Assembly (NCBI GenBank): GCA_003599625.1 | Contig: QZIU01000026.1 | Span: forward strand, 1 to 24,382 | Reading direction: 5' to 3' | DNA from: Candidatus Parcubacteria bacterium | GTDB taxonomy: Bacteria > Patescibacteriota > Minisyncoccia > UBA9983 | Length of the DNA stretch: 24,382 nt | In this document: positions 16,757 to 24,382 of the stretch, in pieces | How positions within the stretch are numbered: position 1 is the first letter of the stretch | How the letters are laid out: the number at the start of each line of letters is the position of its first letter | Program-made: the position numbers and the translations under genes | The notes under the pieces: generated by a model | The model's database searches: none | What the model saw: only the letters and a program-made list of their open reading frames with translations | Told to the model about the DNA's origin: nothing

Positions 16757-18115
16757 ATGGAAGTAAAACTTATAAGTTGCGCGAATACGGATCCGCTTGA
16801 TCTGGCAAGTTTCGCCGCCGGAACTTGTTATCAAGACAAACTGCCGGAACTTGGCAAAAGGCTGAATGTCAAGGACAAACTCTTCAGTGTCGGGCATCAT
16901 ACGACTTTGCAGCATCATTATGCCACCTTTGCCATAGAGGAAATTGCCGTTGGCGACATTACTTTCGGAATGCATCTGGCCAGTCCGTTTTATAACAGCG
17001 ACCAAAGAAGCGGAAGATATTGCGCCAAAATGTTTCTGGAACCGGATTACGGCAAAATAGAAAATTATATAAAAAAATTTTGGCCTGAAGTCTCAAGCAA
17101 CACCCTAGCTTCCGCCGTTGATTATGTCAAAAAAGGAGTGGAAACTTACCATTCTCACATAGCGGCAGCCACGGAACTTGCGGCAAAATTTGTGGCCGAA
17201 GAAAGGCCTCGCGCCAGCGCTATTATAAAAGGAAACATCCCTAAATATGCCCAAGAACAGATGAGGATGTTTATCTCGGTCATATTCCCCACCGCTTTTG
17301 TTTTTACCATAAACGATACCGCTCTTGCGGCCATGTACGAAGCGGCGTGGACTCCGCCGATGAGATACGCCAGCGAGGAAATGGCGCGGCTTTTTGTAGA
17401 AAAGTATCCCGAGACGGCCTTTATGTTCAACGAGTCACGGAGACGGAAAACGGATTGGGCCATGTCTGTTAAAGACATTCCTTATCACGGGATTAAGTAC
17501 AGGCCGGATTTGCAGCTGTTGGAAATAACTCGCGCCGAGTTCAATCTTCCCAATAAGGAGATTATGCATCCGATTGACATGCTTCACTTCACGCCTGAGA
17601 CAATGGAGAACAATATTCCACATATCTCGAGCCTGATAGAAATTTCCACGGCAACCATGGGACAAGATCAAAGGCACCGGACCATAAAAAGAGGCTTGCC
17701 AAGATTTACCGGGAACTTCTACATTCCTCCCGTTTTAAGGGGGTTAAAACTGGAAAAAAAAGCCATCGAACTGATGAATCAATGGGCTGAGGTCAGTAAA
17801 AAAATCCCCGACACCCTGGCGATGATTCTTGCTCCATACGGCGCCATGGTTTCCTACGCTAAATCGGGATCGCTTAACGCAATCGCCCACGAGCAGGCAA
17901 AAAGATTATGCTGGTCCGCGCAGGAAGAGATTTACCACCTTGGGAGACTGCAAAGGTTGGCCGTTGAGGAAAAACTCGGGAAGGCGACTTCTCTTCTTAA
18001 AATCTTCGAACCTCCTTGCTACGAGAAAGGCATATGCTCCGAGGGGGAAAGATATTGCGGAAGAGACAGGGAGCTCAGGAAAAACGGCGATTATTTTCCC
18101 GGAAGAAAAATTTGA
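16757..18115 (+). CDS. ThyX-like flavin-dependent thymidylate synthase homolog with an internal tandem duplication (two ThyX-like half-domains, 452 aa)
   Basis: The N-terminal half reads HHTTLQHHYATFAIEE...GMHLASPFYNSDQRSGRY. It keeps the SGRY loop, but RHR is replaced by MHL. The C-terminal half reads HISSLIEISTATMGQDQRHRTIKRGLPRFTGNFYIPPV...RLCWSAQEEI. It keeps RHR and the AQWEI-like motif but not the Ser/RY. Confidence 0.6.
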   Translation: MEVKLISCANTDPLDLASFAAGTCYQDKLPELGKRLNVKDKLFSVGHHTTLQHHYATFAIEEIAVGDITFGMHLASPFYNSDQRSGRYCAKMFLEPDYGKIENYIKKFWPEVSSNTLASAVDYVKKGVETYHSHIAAATELAAKFVAEERPRASAIIKGNIPKYAQEQMRMFISVIFPTAFVFTINDTALAAMYEAAWTPPMRYASEEMARLFVEKYPETAFMFNESRRRKTDWAMSVKDIPYHGIKYRPDLQLLEITRAEFNLPNKEIMHPIDMLHFTPETMENNIPHISSLIEISTATMGQDQRHRTIKRGLPRFTGNFYIPPVLRGLKLEKKAIELMNQWAEVSKKIPDTLAMILAPYGAMVSYAKSGSLNAIAHEQAKRLCWSAQEEIYHLGRLQRLAVEEKLGKATSLLKIFEPPCYEKGICSEGERYCGRDRELRKNGDYFPGRKI

Positions 18116-18119
18116 AAAC

Positions 18120-18160
18120 ATCCCCGCCAAGCTTGAAAAGTTGGCGGGATTTCTTTTTCT
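18120..18160 (+). terminator. Hairpin plus T-run between the thyX-like gene and dcd (terminator or attenuator). A TATAAT at 18164-18169 lies only 7 nt before the dcd ATG.
   Basis: atccccgccaa / ttggcgggat stem followed by ttctttttct. Confidence 0.5.
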
Positions 18161-18176
18161 CAATATAATGTAACAA

Positions 18177-19292
18177 ATGAAAAATGGCGCCAACAAAAAA
18201 GGAGCACTCTCTTCCAGAATGATCAGGGAATACGCGGAAAAAGGTTTTATCCAAAACATTAACCCGGAAAACATCCGTCCTTCTTCCCTGGATCTCTCCA
18301 TTTCTGATGAAATTTACCGCGTTCAGGGGATTTTCCAACCCAGACCCGGAGAAAAGATAGTCGACCTGCTTAAAAGTGTCGAGCACGCCAAACACGATCT
18401 TTCTTATCCGCTGGAAAAAGATGTGATGTATTTGGCAAAACTGGAAGAATCTTTGGCCTTGCCAAAAAATATTTATGCTTACTGCAATCCCAAATCAAGC
18501 ACCGGGAGGACAGATACGCATGTGAGAGTTCTCACAGATGGTATTTCCCGATATGACGCTGTTCCCCAGTCAGGCTACGAGGGAAGTCTTTGGGCGGCCA
18601 TAACCCCCAAGTCTTTTCCCATCAAGATTTCCGGCGGGGAAACTTTAAGCCAGATAAGATTCTTCAATTGGGACACCAGATTCAGTGAAGATGATCTTGA
18701 AAAGTCCGTAAAGAAAGATAAATTGCTTTGGGATATTTTTGACGACAGACCTCTTGATTACGATGAGCTGAAGATAAGCGATCGGGACGGCTCGATCATT
18801 TTGACCCTTGATCTGAAGAGCAAGATCGTAGGCTACAAATGTTCCGGCTCGAACAAGATCCTTGATTTCTCCAAAATAAAGCACTATTCGCCTGAAGACT
18901 TTTTTGAACCAATAGTAAAAAGAAATGATCATTTATATCTGAACAAAGGAGAGTTCTATATCCTGTCTACAAGAGAAGCCCTTCGAGTGCCGCCTTCCCT
19001 ATCCTGCGAAATGATCCCGATGGATGAAAGAAGCGGCGAGTTCCGCTCCCACTATGCCGGTTTTATAGACCCCGGTTGGGGCTGGGGCGCAAAGGGAGAA
19101 GGCAGGGGGCGAACAATAACCCTTGAACTGCGTCCGTTTGAAGATCTTGTGGTGAGAGACAAGCAACCCATCGGCAAAATTAGATTTGAAAGAATGATAG
19201 AAATACCCGATATGGTTTACGACAAGATCGGAATGTCTAATTACACAAGCCAAAACGGACCAAAACTTTCAAAGCATTTTAAGACACTATGA
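18177..19292 (+). CDS. dcd: Long-form 2'-deoxycytidine 5'-triphosphate deaminase (DCD family, about 370 aa)
   Basis: GALSSRMIREYAEKGFIQNINPENIRPSSLDLSISDEIYRV follows the dCTP-deaminase/dUTPase-fold N-terminal pattern. The length matches the long-form family. Confidence 0.65.
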   Translation: MKNGANKKGALSSRMIREYAEKGFIQNINPENIRPSSLDLSISDEIYRVQGIFQPRPGEKIVDLLKSVEHAKHDLSYPLEKDVMYLAKLEESLALPKNIYAYCNPKSSTGRTDTHVRVLTDGISRYDAVPQSGYEGSLWAAITPKSFPIKISGGETLSQIRFFNWDTRFSEDDLEKSVKKDKLLWDIFDDRPLDYDELKISDRDGSIILTLDLKSKIVGYKCSGSNKILDFSKIKHYSPEDFFEPIVKRNDHLYLNKGEFYILSTREALRVPPSLSCEMIPMDERSGEFRSHYAGFIDPGWGWGAKGEGRGRTITLELRPFEDLVVRDKQPIGKIRFERMIEIPDMVYDKIGMSNYTSQNGPKLSKHFKTL

Positions 19293-19409
19293 CATTTGAG
19301 GCCGCGAAGTTGAAATAAGTTTTTTGACTCATTCTTAAGGATATGATAGAAATATCGCAGACTTATCGTAACTTTACATAGAAATTCAGAAATTTTTTGG
19401 AGGAAAAAG

Positions 19410-19985
19410 ATGGCATGGCAAAATGAAATACCGAAGAACATACTCGAAAAGATGATTCAGGAGAAGATTGACCCGTTGTACGAATTAAGAAAGAGACCAA
19501 CTTGCGACGATATATTTGTCGAAGTGGCTTTGGCGGTTTCAAAAAGAGCAGTTTGTCTTTTTCATGAGGTTGGCGCCGTTATTTTTAAGGGCAGTCACAT
19601 ACTGTCAACGGGATATAACGGTCCTGCTTCGGGCGATCTTCATTGCACCAAAGTCGGTTGCGCCAAAATTATTGGCGGAGAAATTAAATCTGGGACCGGT
19701 TTATGCAGAGGAACGCACGCTGAATTAAACGCCATAGGAAACGCGGCTAAATTCGGCATTAACATAGAAGGCGCGAGTATTTTTGTAACATGGGCGCCAT
19801 GTTACACATGCGCGAAGCAACTTGTGAATGCCAGTCTTCGGCATGTTCTGTATCTTATCAACTATGAAGATGCCAGGGCAAAAAAGTGCCTTGAAACAGC
19901 CAAGATAAGTTTAACCAGATACGAACCCAGGCTTGAAAGCCTGTCACAGAAGGTCGAAGAATTAAGAAACACCTACGAAAAATAA
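19410..19985 (+). CDS. dCMP (deoxycytidylate) deaminase
   Basis: Zinc motifs HAELNAI and PCYTCAKQL. GAVIFKG...STGYNG core. Confidence 0.85.
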   Translation: MAWQNEIPKNILEKMIQEKIDPLYELRKRPTCDDIFVEVALAVSKRAVCLFHEVGAVIFKGSHILSTGYNGPASGDLHCTKVGCAKIIGGEIKSGTGLCRGTHAELNAIGNAAKFGINIEGASIFVTWAPCYTCAKQLVNASLRHVLYLINYEDARAKKCLETAKISLTRYEPRLESLSQKVEELRNTYEK

Positions 19986-19996
19986 ACCAATCTTTC

Positions 19997-20030
19997 AAAA
20001 AGGGCATGCTAATCGCAATGCCCTTTTTCA
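19997..20030 (+). terminator. Intrinsic terminator after the dCMP deaminase gene
   Basis: gggcat (20002-20007) / atgccc (20018-20023) stem plus ttttt. Confidence 0.65.
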
Positions 20031-20092
20031 TTCTTAAATTGCCAAGGGTCTTTTTATGGCTTAAAATCATTTATGATAAAGTAATTATACTC

Positions 20093-20422
20093 ATGACATT
20101 TGAACAGTATCAAAAACAATCCCGCGAGACGGCGATCTATCCGGATAAAGGTAGAAATTTCATTTATCCAACCTTGGGACTTGCCGGGGAAGCCGGCGAG
20201 GTGGCGGAAAAGATCAAAAAGGTTTTAAGAGATAAGGGCGGCATCGTTGATGAAACTGTCAGACAAGAACTTGCCAAAGAGCTGGGGGACGTCTTATGGT
20301 ATCTCTCTCAGATCGCCACGGAACTGAATTTGTCTTTGGAAGAGATAGCGGCAAAGAATATAGAGAAGCTGCTGTCCCGAAAAGGTCGGGGTGTTTTGGG
20401 TGGAGATGGAGATAACAGGTGA
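20093..20422 (+). CDS. MazG-like all-alpha nucleotide pyrophosphohydrolase (candidate dUTP/dCTP pyrophosphatase)
   Basis: LGLAGEAGEVAEKIKK...ELGDVLWYLSQIATELNLSLEEIAAKNIEKL, the EExxE/D and DxxWY MazG motifs. The start is chosen at ATG 20093, 109 aa. Confidence 0.7.
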   Translation: MTFEQYQKQSRETAIYPDKGRNFIYPTLGLAGEAGEVAEKIKKVLRDKGGIVDETVRQELAKELGDVLWYLSQIATELNLSLEEIAAKNIEKLLSRKGRGVLGGDGDNR

Positions 20423-20435
20423 TTTTTTAAAAAGC

Positions 20436-20480
20436 TGTGTATAGCCTGTGAACAACTCCGCCAACCCGCCGGGTTGGAAT
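20436..20480 (-). repeat. Second, inverted copy of the ~45-nt element found at 119-163, here intergenic; contains a 7-bp hairpin ccaaccc-gcc-gggttgg
   Basis: The reverse complement of 20436-20480 is ttccaacccggcgggttggcggagttgttcacaggctatacacag, about 85% identical to 119-163. Confidence 0.55.
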
Positions 20481-20533
20481 GAGCAAAAAACGAGCCTTGC
20501 AACTAACAAAATTATACTGTATTATATATTCAA

Positions 20534-21034
20534 ATGGAAGAAGATTTTTTCGAAAAAACGGCGGGAAATAACGGTCAAGACCCTCAAAAAGCTAAAAGCG
20601 CCGTTTTTGATTTCATAAAGTTCGTTTTTATCGTGGCGATCATCGTTATACCGATCAGGCTTTGGATCGCTCAACCGTTTTTGGTCAACGGCGCTTCGAT
20701 GGAACCAACCTACTCCAGCGGCGACTATCTCATCGTGGATGAGCTCTCTTACCACGTCCGCGATCCCAAGAAAGAAGAGGTCATAATTTTCCGCTATCCG
20801 AAGGATCCTTCCACTTTCTTCATAAAGAGAATCGTCGGTTTGCCTAATGAAGAGATAACAGTCGAAGGAAGAAAAATTAAACTCAAGGAAGACGAGTATT
20901 TCGTTTTGGGAGACAACCGGGATCAAAGCTCGGATTCAAGAATTTGGGGACCGGTTCCCAAAGAACTGATAGTGGGCAGATCATTCATAAGACTTTGGCC
21001 AATCAATCAGGTATCTTTATTCCCGGGATATTAA
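20534..21034 (+). CDS. lepB: Signal peptidase I
   Basis: Catalytic-Ser box NGASMEPT, and Lys box KRIVGLPNEE...GDNRDQSSDSRIWGPVP. Confidence 0.9.
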   Translation: MEEDFFEKTAGNNGQDPQKAKSAVFDFIKFVFIVAIIVIPIRLWIAQPFLVNGASMEPTYSSGDYLIVDELSYHVRDPKKEEVIIFRYPKDPSTFFIKRIVGLPNEEITVEGRKIKLKEDEYFVLGDNRDQSSDSRIWGPVPKELIVGRSFIRLWPINQVSLFPGY

Positions 21035-21149
21035 TAAATAAAATTTAAAATGAAAAGCGTAAAATTCAGGTATTTTTTCAAAAATTAATTTAAATTTTAA
21101 ATTTTGCTTGCGGTTTTTATTTTTTCATTTTTAACTTCACATTTTCTTC

Positions 21150-22427
21150 ATGAATACTGAAAAACCAAAAGGGGGACAAGATTTGTTCGCCGATAAATAT
21201 GTTTTATATCAAAATGTTTTTGAAAAAGGCGAAGAGATCGCTTCTTACTACGGATTCAGGCCCATCCAGACTCCCCACTTGGAAGACCTCCGGACCGTAA
21301 GCGGCGGACTGAACCTTATTTCCAGATCAACCGAGGGAAATTTTTTTGTGACCGAATCGGAGCCGAGCCGCGAAATGATCCTCCGGACGGAAGGAACCAT
21401 CGGCCTCATGCGAGCGTACATAGAAAATGAAATGTACGCCATGCCGCAACCAGTGATGCTTTGGCATAAAGGGTCATTCTTCAAAAAAGATGGCTCTGCC
21501 GAAGGAAAGCTTCGCGAAACACAGGAGTTCGGAATAGACATGATCGGCGAACCTAAGCCCATAGGAGAAGCTCTCGTGATCCAGCTCTTGATCTTGATAC
21601 TCAAGGAATTGGGAGCGGGACAAACGGTAGTCAACATAAATTCTACCGGAGACAAAGAATGCAAAGGCGAATTCAAAAGAAAAATTCTTTCTCATTACAA
21701 AAAAAATTTTTCCTCCCTTTGCAAGGAGTGCAAAAAAAATTTCAAAGAAAATCCTACATCCGTTCTTGACTGCCGGGAAAGCAAATGCCTTGAGATAAAA
21801 AAGAACGCTCCTCAAGCCGTGGATTCGTTGTGCCCGGGATGCAAGCAGCACTTCAAGGAGGTTCTTGAATTTCTCGATTCGAACGATATCAATTACTTTT
21901 TAAACACCGGCCTTGTCAAAAAATTCGATTGTTATTCCAGGACGGTGTTCGAGATAGTATCCGAAGAAGAAAAAGGCAAAGACGGCTCCCCTCTTGTCTT
22001 AGGCTCCGGGGCAAGGTATGATGCTTTATCGAAAGCCTTCGGTAAAAAAGAATTCCCTTCGGTTGGAGGCAGGATCAACGCCGACGCCGTCGTCGCTCTC
22101 ATGGAGTCGCGAAACATTTCTCCGAAATATAAACGCGTGCCGAAGATCTTTTTGATACAATTGAGCCATTCCGCCAAACAGAAATGCATGGGGGTGATCG
22201 AAATGTTCAGGAAAGCCAATATCTACATATCGCAGTCCATAAATAAAGACAATCTGAACAGCCAGTTGGGCATAGCGGCAAGACTGAACACGCCTTATGT
22301 CCTGATATTGGGGCAAAAGGAAAGCTTGGAAAATTCCATTATTGTTCGAGATATGGCAACCGGCTCGCAAGAATCGGTTCCAATTGAAAAGGTCGTGGAA
22401 GTCGTTAAAAAGAAATTAAAAAAATGA
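21150..22427 (+). CDS. hisS: Histidyl-tRNA synthetase with conservatively substituted motif 2
   Basis: ILRTEGTIGLMRAYIEN; the HisRS insertion-domain Cys motif LCKECKKNF.ENPTSVLDCRESKC; CYSRTVFE; SGARYDAL (the GGRYD-like histidine motif); and a C-terminal class II anticodon-binding domain. Motif 2 reads FKKDGSAEGKLRETQEF where FRHERPQKGRYRQFHQ is expected. Confidence 0.8.
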   Translation: MNTEKPKGGQDLFADKYVLYQNVFEKGEEIASYYGFRPIQTPHLEDLRTVSGGLNLISRSTEGNFFVTESEPSREMILRTEGTIGLMRAYIENEMYAMPQPVMLWHKGSFFKKDGSAEGKLRETQEFGIDMIGEPKPIGEALVIQLLILILKELGAGQTVVNINSTGDKECKGEFKRKILSHYKKNFSSLCKECKKNFKENPTSVLDCRESKCLEIKKNAPQAVDSLCPGCKQHFKEVLEFLDSNDINYFLNTGLVKKFDCYSRTVFEIVSEEEKGKDGSPLVLGSGARYDALSKAFGKKEFPSVGGRINADAVVALMESRNISPKYKRVPKIFLIQLSHSAKQKCMGVIEMFRKANIYISQSINKDNLNSQLGIAARLNTPYVLILGQKESLENSIIVRDMATGSQESVPIEKVVEVVKKKLKK

Positions 22428-22639
22428 TAGAAGTTAAGAAAAAAGAAAGCGAAACAACAGCCGGTTTGATGAGAAGGTTTTCTCAAAGAGTAAAACTTTC
22501 CGGCAATTTAAGCAAAGTCAGGAGCCACAGGTTCAAGACCAGGCCGAAATCGGAATTAAAGAAAAAAGAAGATGCTCTCAAAAGAGAGGCTTACAGAAAG
22601 AAAACCGAACTGTTGAGAAAACTGGGTAAAATAGACTAA
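22424..22639 (+). CDS. rpsU: 30S ribosomal protein S21
   Basis: LMRRFSQRVKLSGNLSKVRSHRFKTRPKSELKKKE matches the S21 pattern. The start overlaps the hisS stop (ATGA). Confidence 0.8.
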   Translation: MIEVKKKESETTAGLMRRFSQRVKLSGNLSKVRSHRFKTRPKSELKKKEDALKREAYRKKTELLRKLGKID

Positions 22640-22641
22640 CA

Positions 22642-22995
22642 ATGAATTCGCTTTGGGAAAAGCTAAAAAACCGGGTTTTAGGAAGAAAATACGACCTGAG
22701 CCTGTTTTTTTTGCCTGAAAAAGAGATGCGGAGACTGAACAGTACATACCGGAAAAAAGACTACCCGGCCAATGTGCTGTCTTTCCCCCTGTCTAAAACT
22801 GCCGGAGAAATTTTGATTAATTCTTTCTATAAAAGAAAAGTAAAAGCGTCGACCTATCTCTTCATCCACTCTCTTCTCCACCTCAAAGGCCTCGGTCATG
22901 GAAAAAGAATGAGTGAAACGGAGACCCGGATGCTTAGAGCTATTTATCCGGAAAGATACGAAGCAATAATGAAAGAATTTTTCGTATCCGAATAA
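22642..22995 (+). CDS. ybeY: Endoribonuclease YbeY (short form)
   Basis: DLSLFFLPEKEMRRLNSTYRKKDYPANVLSFP and the HxxxHxxxxxH zinc motif HSLLHLKGLGH. Confidence 0.7.
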   Translation: MNSLWEKLKNRVLGRKYDLSLFFLPEKEMRRLNSTYRKKDYPANVLSFPLSKTAGEILINSFYKRKVKASTYLFIHSLLHLKGLGHGKRMSETETRMLRAIYPERYEAIMKEFFVSE

Positions 22996-23056
22996 ATTTA
23001 AGATTATTTTTTATCCACACCTTCTAAAAATTCCCGGTATATCTTATAATAAGAGC

Positions 23057-24268
23057 ATGTCTCGCAATATCATCACGGGTCTGGATATCGGAAGTTCTTC
23101 GGTAAGAGCAATTGTCATCGAACAAAAAAAGGATGACACTCTTCACATTATTGCCGCGTCGCAAAAAGAATCGGAAGGCGTCCGCAAAGGATATATCACC
23201 AACCTCGAGGAAGCCTCCAAGTCCATCTCGCTTGCCGTAAAATCTCTTGAAAAAATTTCCGGTCTCAATATCAGGAACGCCATGGTTTCGATTGGAGGCA
23301 TAAGTCTTTCCTCCACGCGCTCGAAGGCCATGGTAAGAACATCGAAAGCCGACGGAGAAATAACCCAGAATGACATCTCTCGACTCATCGCTCAAAGCGA
23401 AACCAACCTCGCCAATATGTCCAACAAAAAGGTCATCCATTCGATACCTTTGCTTTTCAAAGTGGACAACACCATCGTCCAAGGGAGGCCGACCGACCTC
23501 AAAGGCGCCAAACTTGAAGTTGAAAGCCTTTTCATATCATGTTTGAGCCTTCATCTCAACGACCTTATAAAAACGGTGGAATCATCCGGCTTGGCGATAG
23601 AAGATGTCATAGCCTCCCCCCTCGCGATGAGTTACGCCATTCTTACTCCACAGCAAAAAGAAACAGGCTGCGTTCTGGCAAACATCGGAGCAAGCACTGT
23701 TTCAGTGATCGTTTTTGAAGAAGGCTTGCCAATCTCTCTTGAAGTCTTTCCCATCGGTTCTTCCCATATTACAAACGACATAGCGCTCGGCCTGCAGGTT
23801 CCGCTTGACGAAGCCGAGAGGATCAAAATAAATTACGGCTCCGAATCGCCCTCATCCAGGAAAAAGCTTTCCGACATAATCGAAGCCCGCCTTAACGACA
23901 TTTTTGAAATGATCGAAAGCCACCTGAAGAAGATCGATCGCAACCAAGTGCTTCCCGCCGGAATAATACTTACGGGCAGCGGCTCGAATCTTTTTACTCT
24001 TGAAGAAATAGCCCGGACGTCGCTGAGACTCCCGGCCAGGATCGGCAATCTTGCTCCGCGCAACAATCAGTCGCTCTCCATAACGGCTCCATCGAATAAT
24101 TTGAGGGACCAGATCCTGAACGATCCGGGCTGGTCCGTCGCATTGGGATTGTGTTTGTTCGGATTCCATAACGGAAATCCGTATATTTTCGAAGGACGGA
24201 AGCCGGGTTCCGGCTCCGGCAGAATAGTGCCTTCGATAAAAAAGTGGCTTCATTCTTTGCTTCCATAG
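23057..24268 (+). CDS. ftsA: Cell division protein FtsA
   Basis: GLDIGSSSVRAIVIE...actin-like fold blocks, and a C-terminal amphipathic helix IKKWLHSLL. TATAAT at 23046-23051. Confidence 0.85.
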   Translation: MSRNIITGLDIGSSSVRAIVIEQKKDDTLHIIAASQKESEGVRKGYITNLEEASKSISLAVKSLEKISGLNIRNAMVSIGGISLSSTRSKAMVRTSKADGEITQNDISRLIAQSETNLANMSNKKVIHSIPLLFKVDNTIVQGRPTDLKGAKLEVESLFISCLSLHLNDLIKTVESSGLAIEDVIASPLAMSYAILTPQQKETGCVLANIGASTVSVIVFEEGLPISLEVFPIGSSHITNDIALGLQVPLDEAERIKINYGSESPSSRKKLSDIIEARLNDIFEMIESHLKKIDRNQVLPAGIILTGSGSNLFTLEEIARTSLRLPARIGNLAPRNNQSLSITAPSNNLRDQILNDPGWSVALGLCLFGFHNGNPYIFEGRKPGSGSGRIVPSIKKWLHSLLP

Positions 24269-24382
24269 GGTGAGTAAAGCGCCCCAGTATTCTCCCATCG
24301 TAAGATGAGCCTGAAATGATCTTAGCATTTTTTGATGACGGCGAATAATTTTTTCTTTTCTTCTGCCATAATTTCGGCGAAT

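Noticed and set aside
21035-21149. Possible T-box leader upstream of hisS
   Set aside because: The spacer is only about 115 nt and AT-rich. I saw no specifier-loop or antiterminator architecture and no T-box consensus (AATTAGGGTGGTACCGCG-like).
23852-24368. 158-170-aa minus-strand ORF starting near the window end
   Set aside because: It overlaps the ftsA C-terminal region on the opposite strand with no motif support, so I treat it as a shadow ORF.

Overview
This window is a gene-dense bacterial segment with moderate to low GC, small proteins and frequent 1-4 nt start/stop overlaps. The gene content looks like a reduced-genome bacterium such as a CPR/Patescibacteria-type organism, but that taxonomic guess is inference only.

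Most of the window is core housekeeping. The genes are enolase, gyrA, ribosomal protein S1, pth, glyA, a pyrimidine-deoxynucleotide operon (tmk, a ThyX-like gene, long-form dcd, dCMP deaminase, a MazG-like gene), lepB, hisS, rpsU, ybeY and ftsA.

Between enolase and gyrA lies an accessory island of about 6.5 kb. It holds a RelE/YoeB-like toxin/antitoxin pair, an SPFH (band-7) membrane protein co-transcribed with an unknown two-TM coiled-coil protein, and a minus-strand operon. That operon encodes a membrane-anchored family-1 solute-binding-protein homolog followed by five tandem paralogous small proteins. Each small protein has a signal or anchor sequence, two TM helices and a short acidic/basic loop.

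The five-gene array is the most striking candidate for an undescribed system; the topology suggests VirB2/TrbC-like pilins, but this is inference.

The other observations are an internally duplicated ThyX-like protein whose two halves have lost complementary catalytic motifs; two copies of a ~120-bp AT-rich element with inverted termini flanking gyrA; a ~45-nt conserved element in inverted copies 20 kb apart, one copy encoding the enolase C-terminal tail; nested alternative hairpins in the leader of the pilin-like operon; a promoter/terminator-bracketed candidate small RNA; and a homopolymer-frameshifted DUF3800-like remnant.

I recognised no rRNA, tRNA or CRISPR array.
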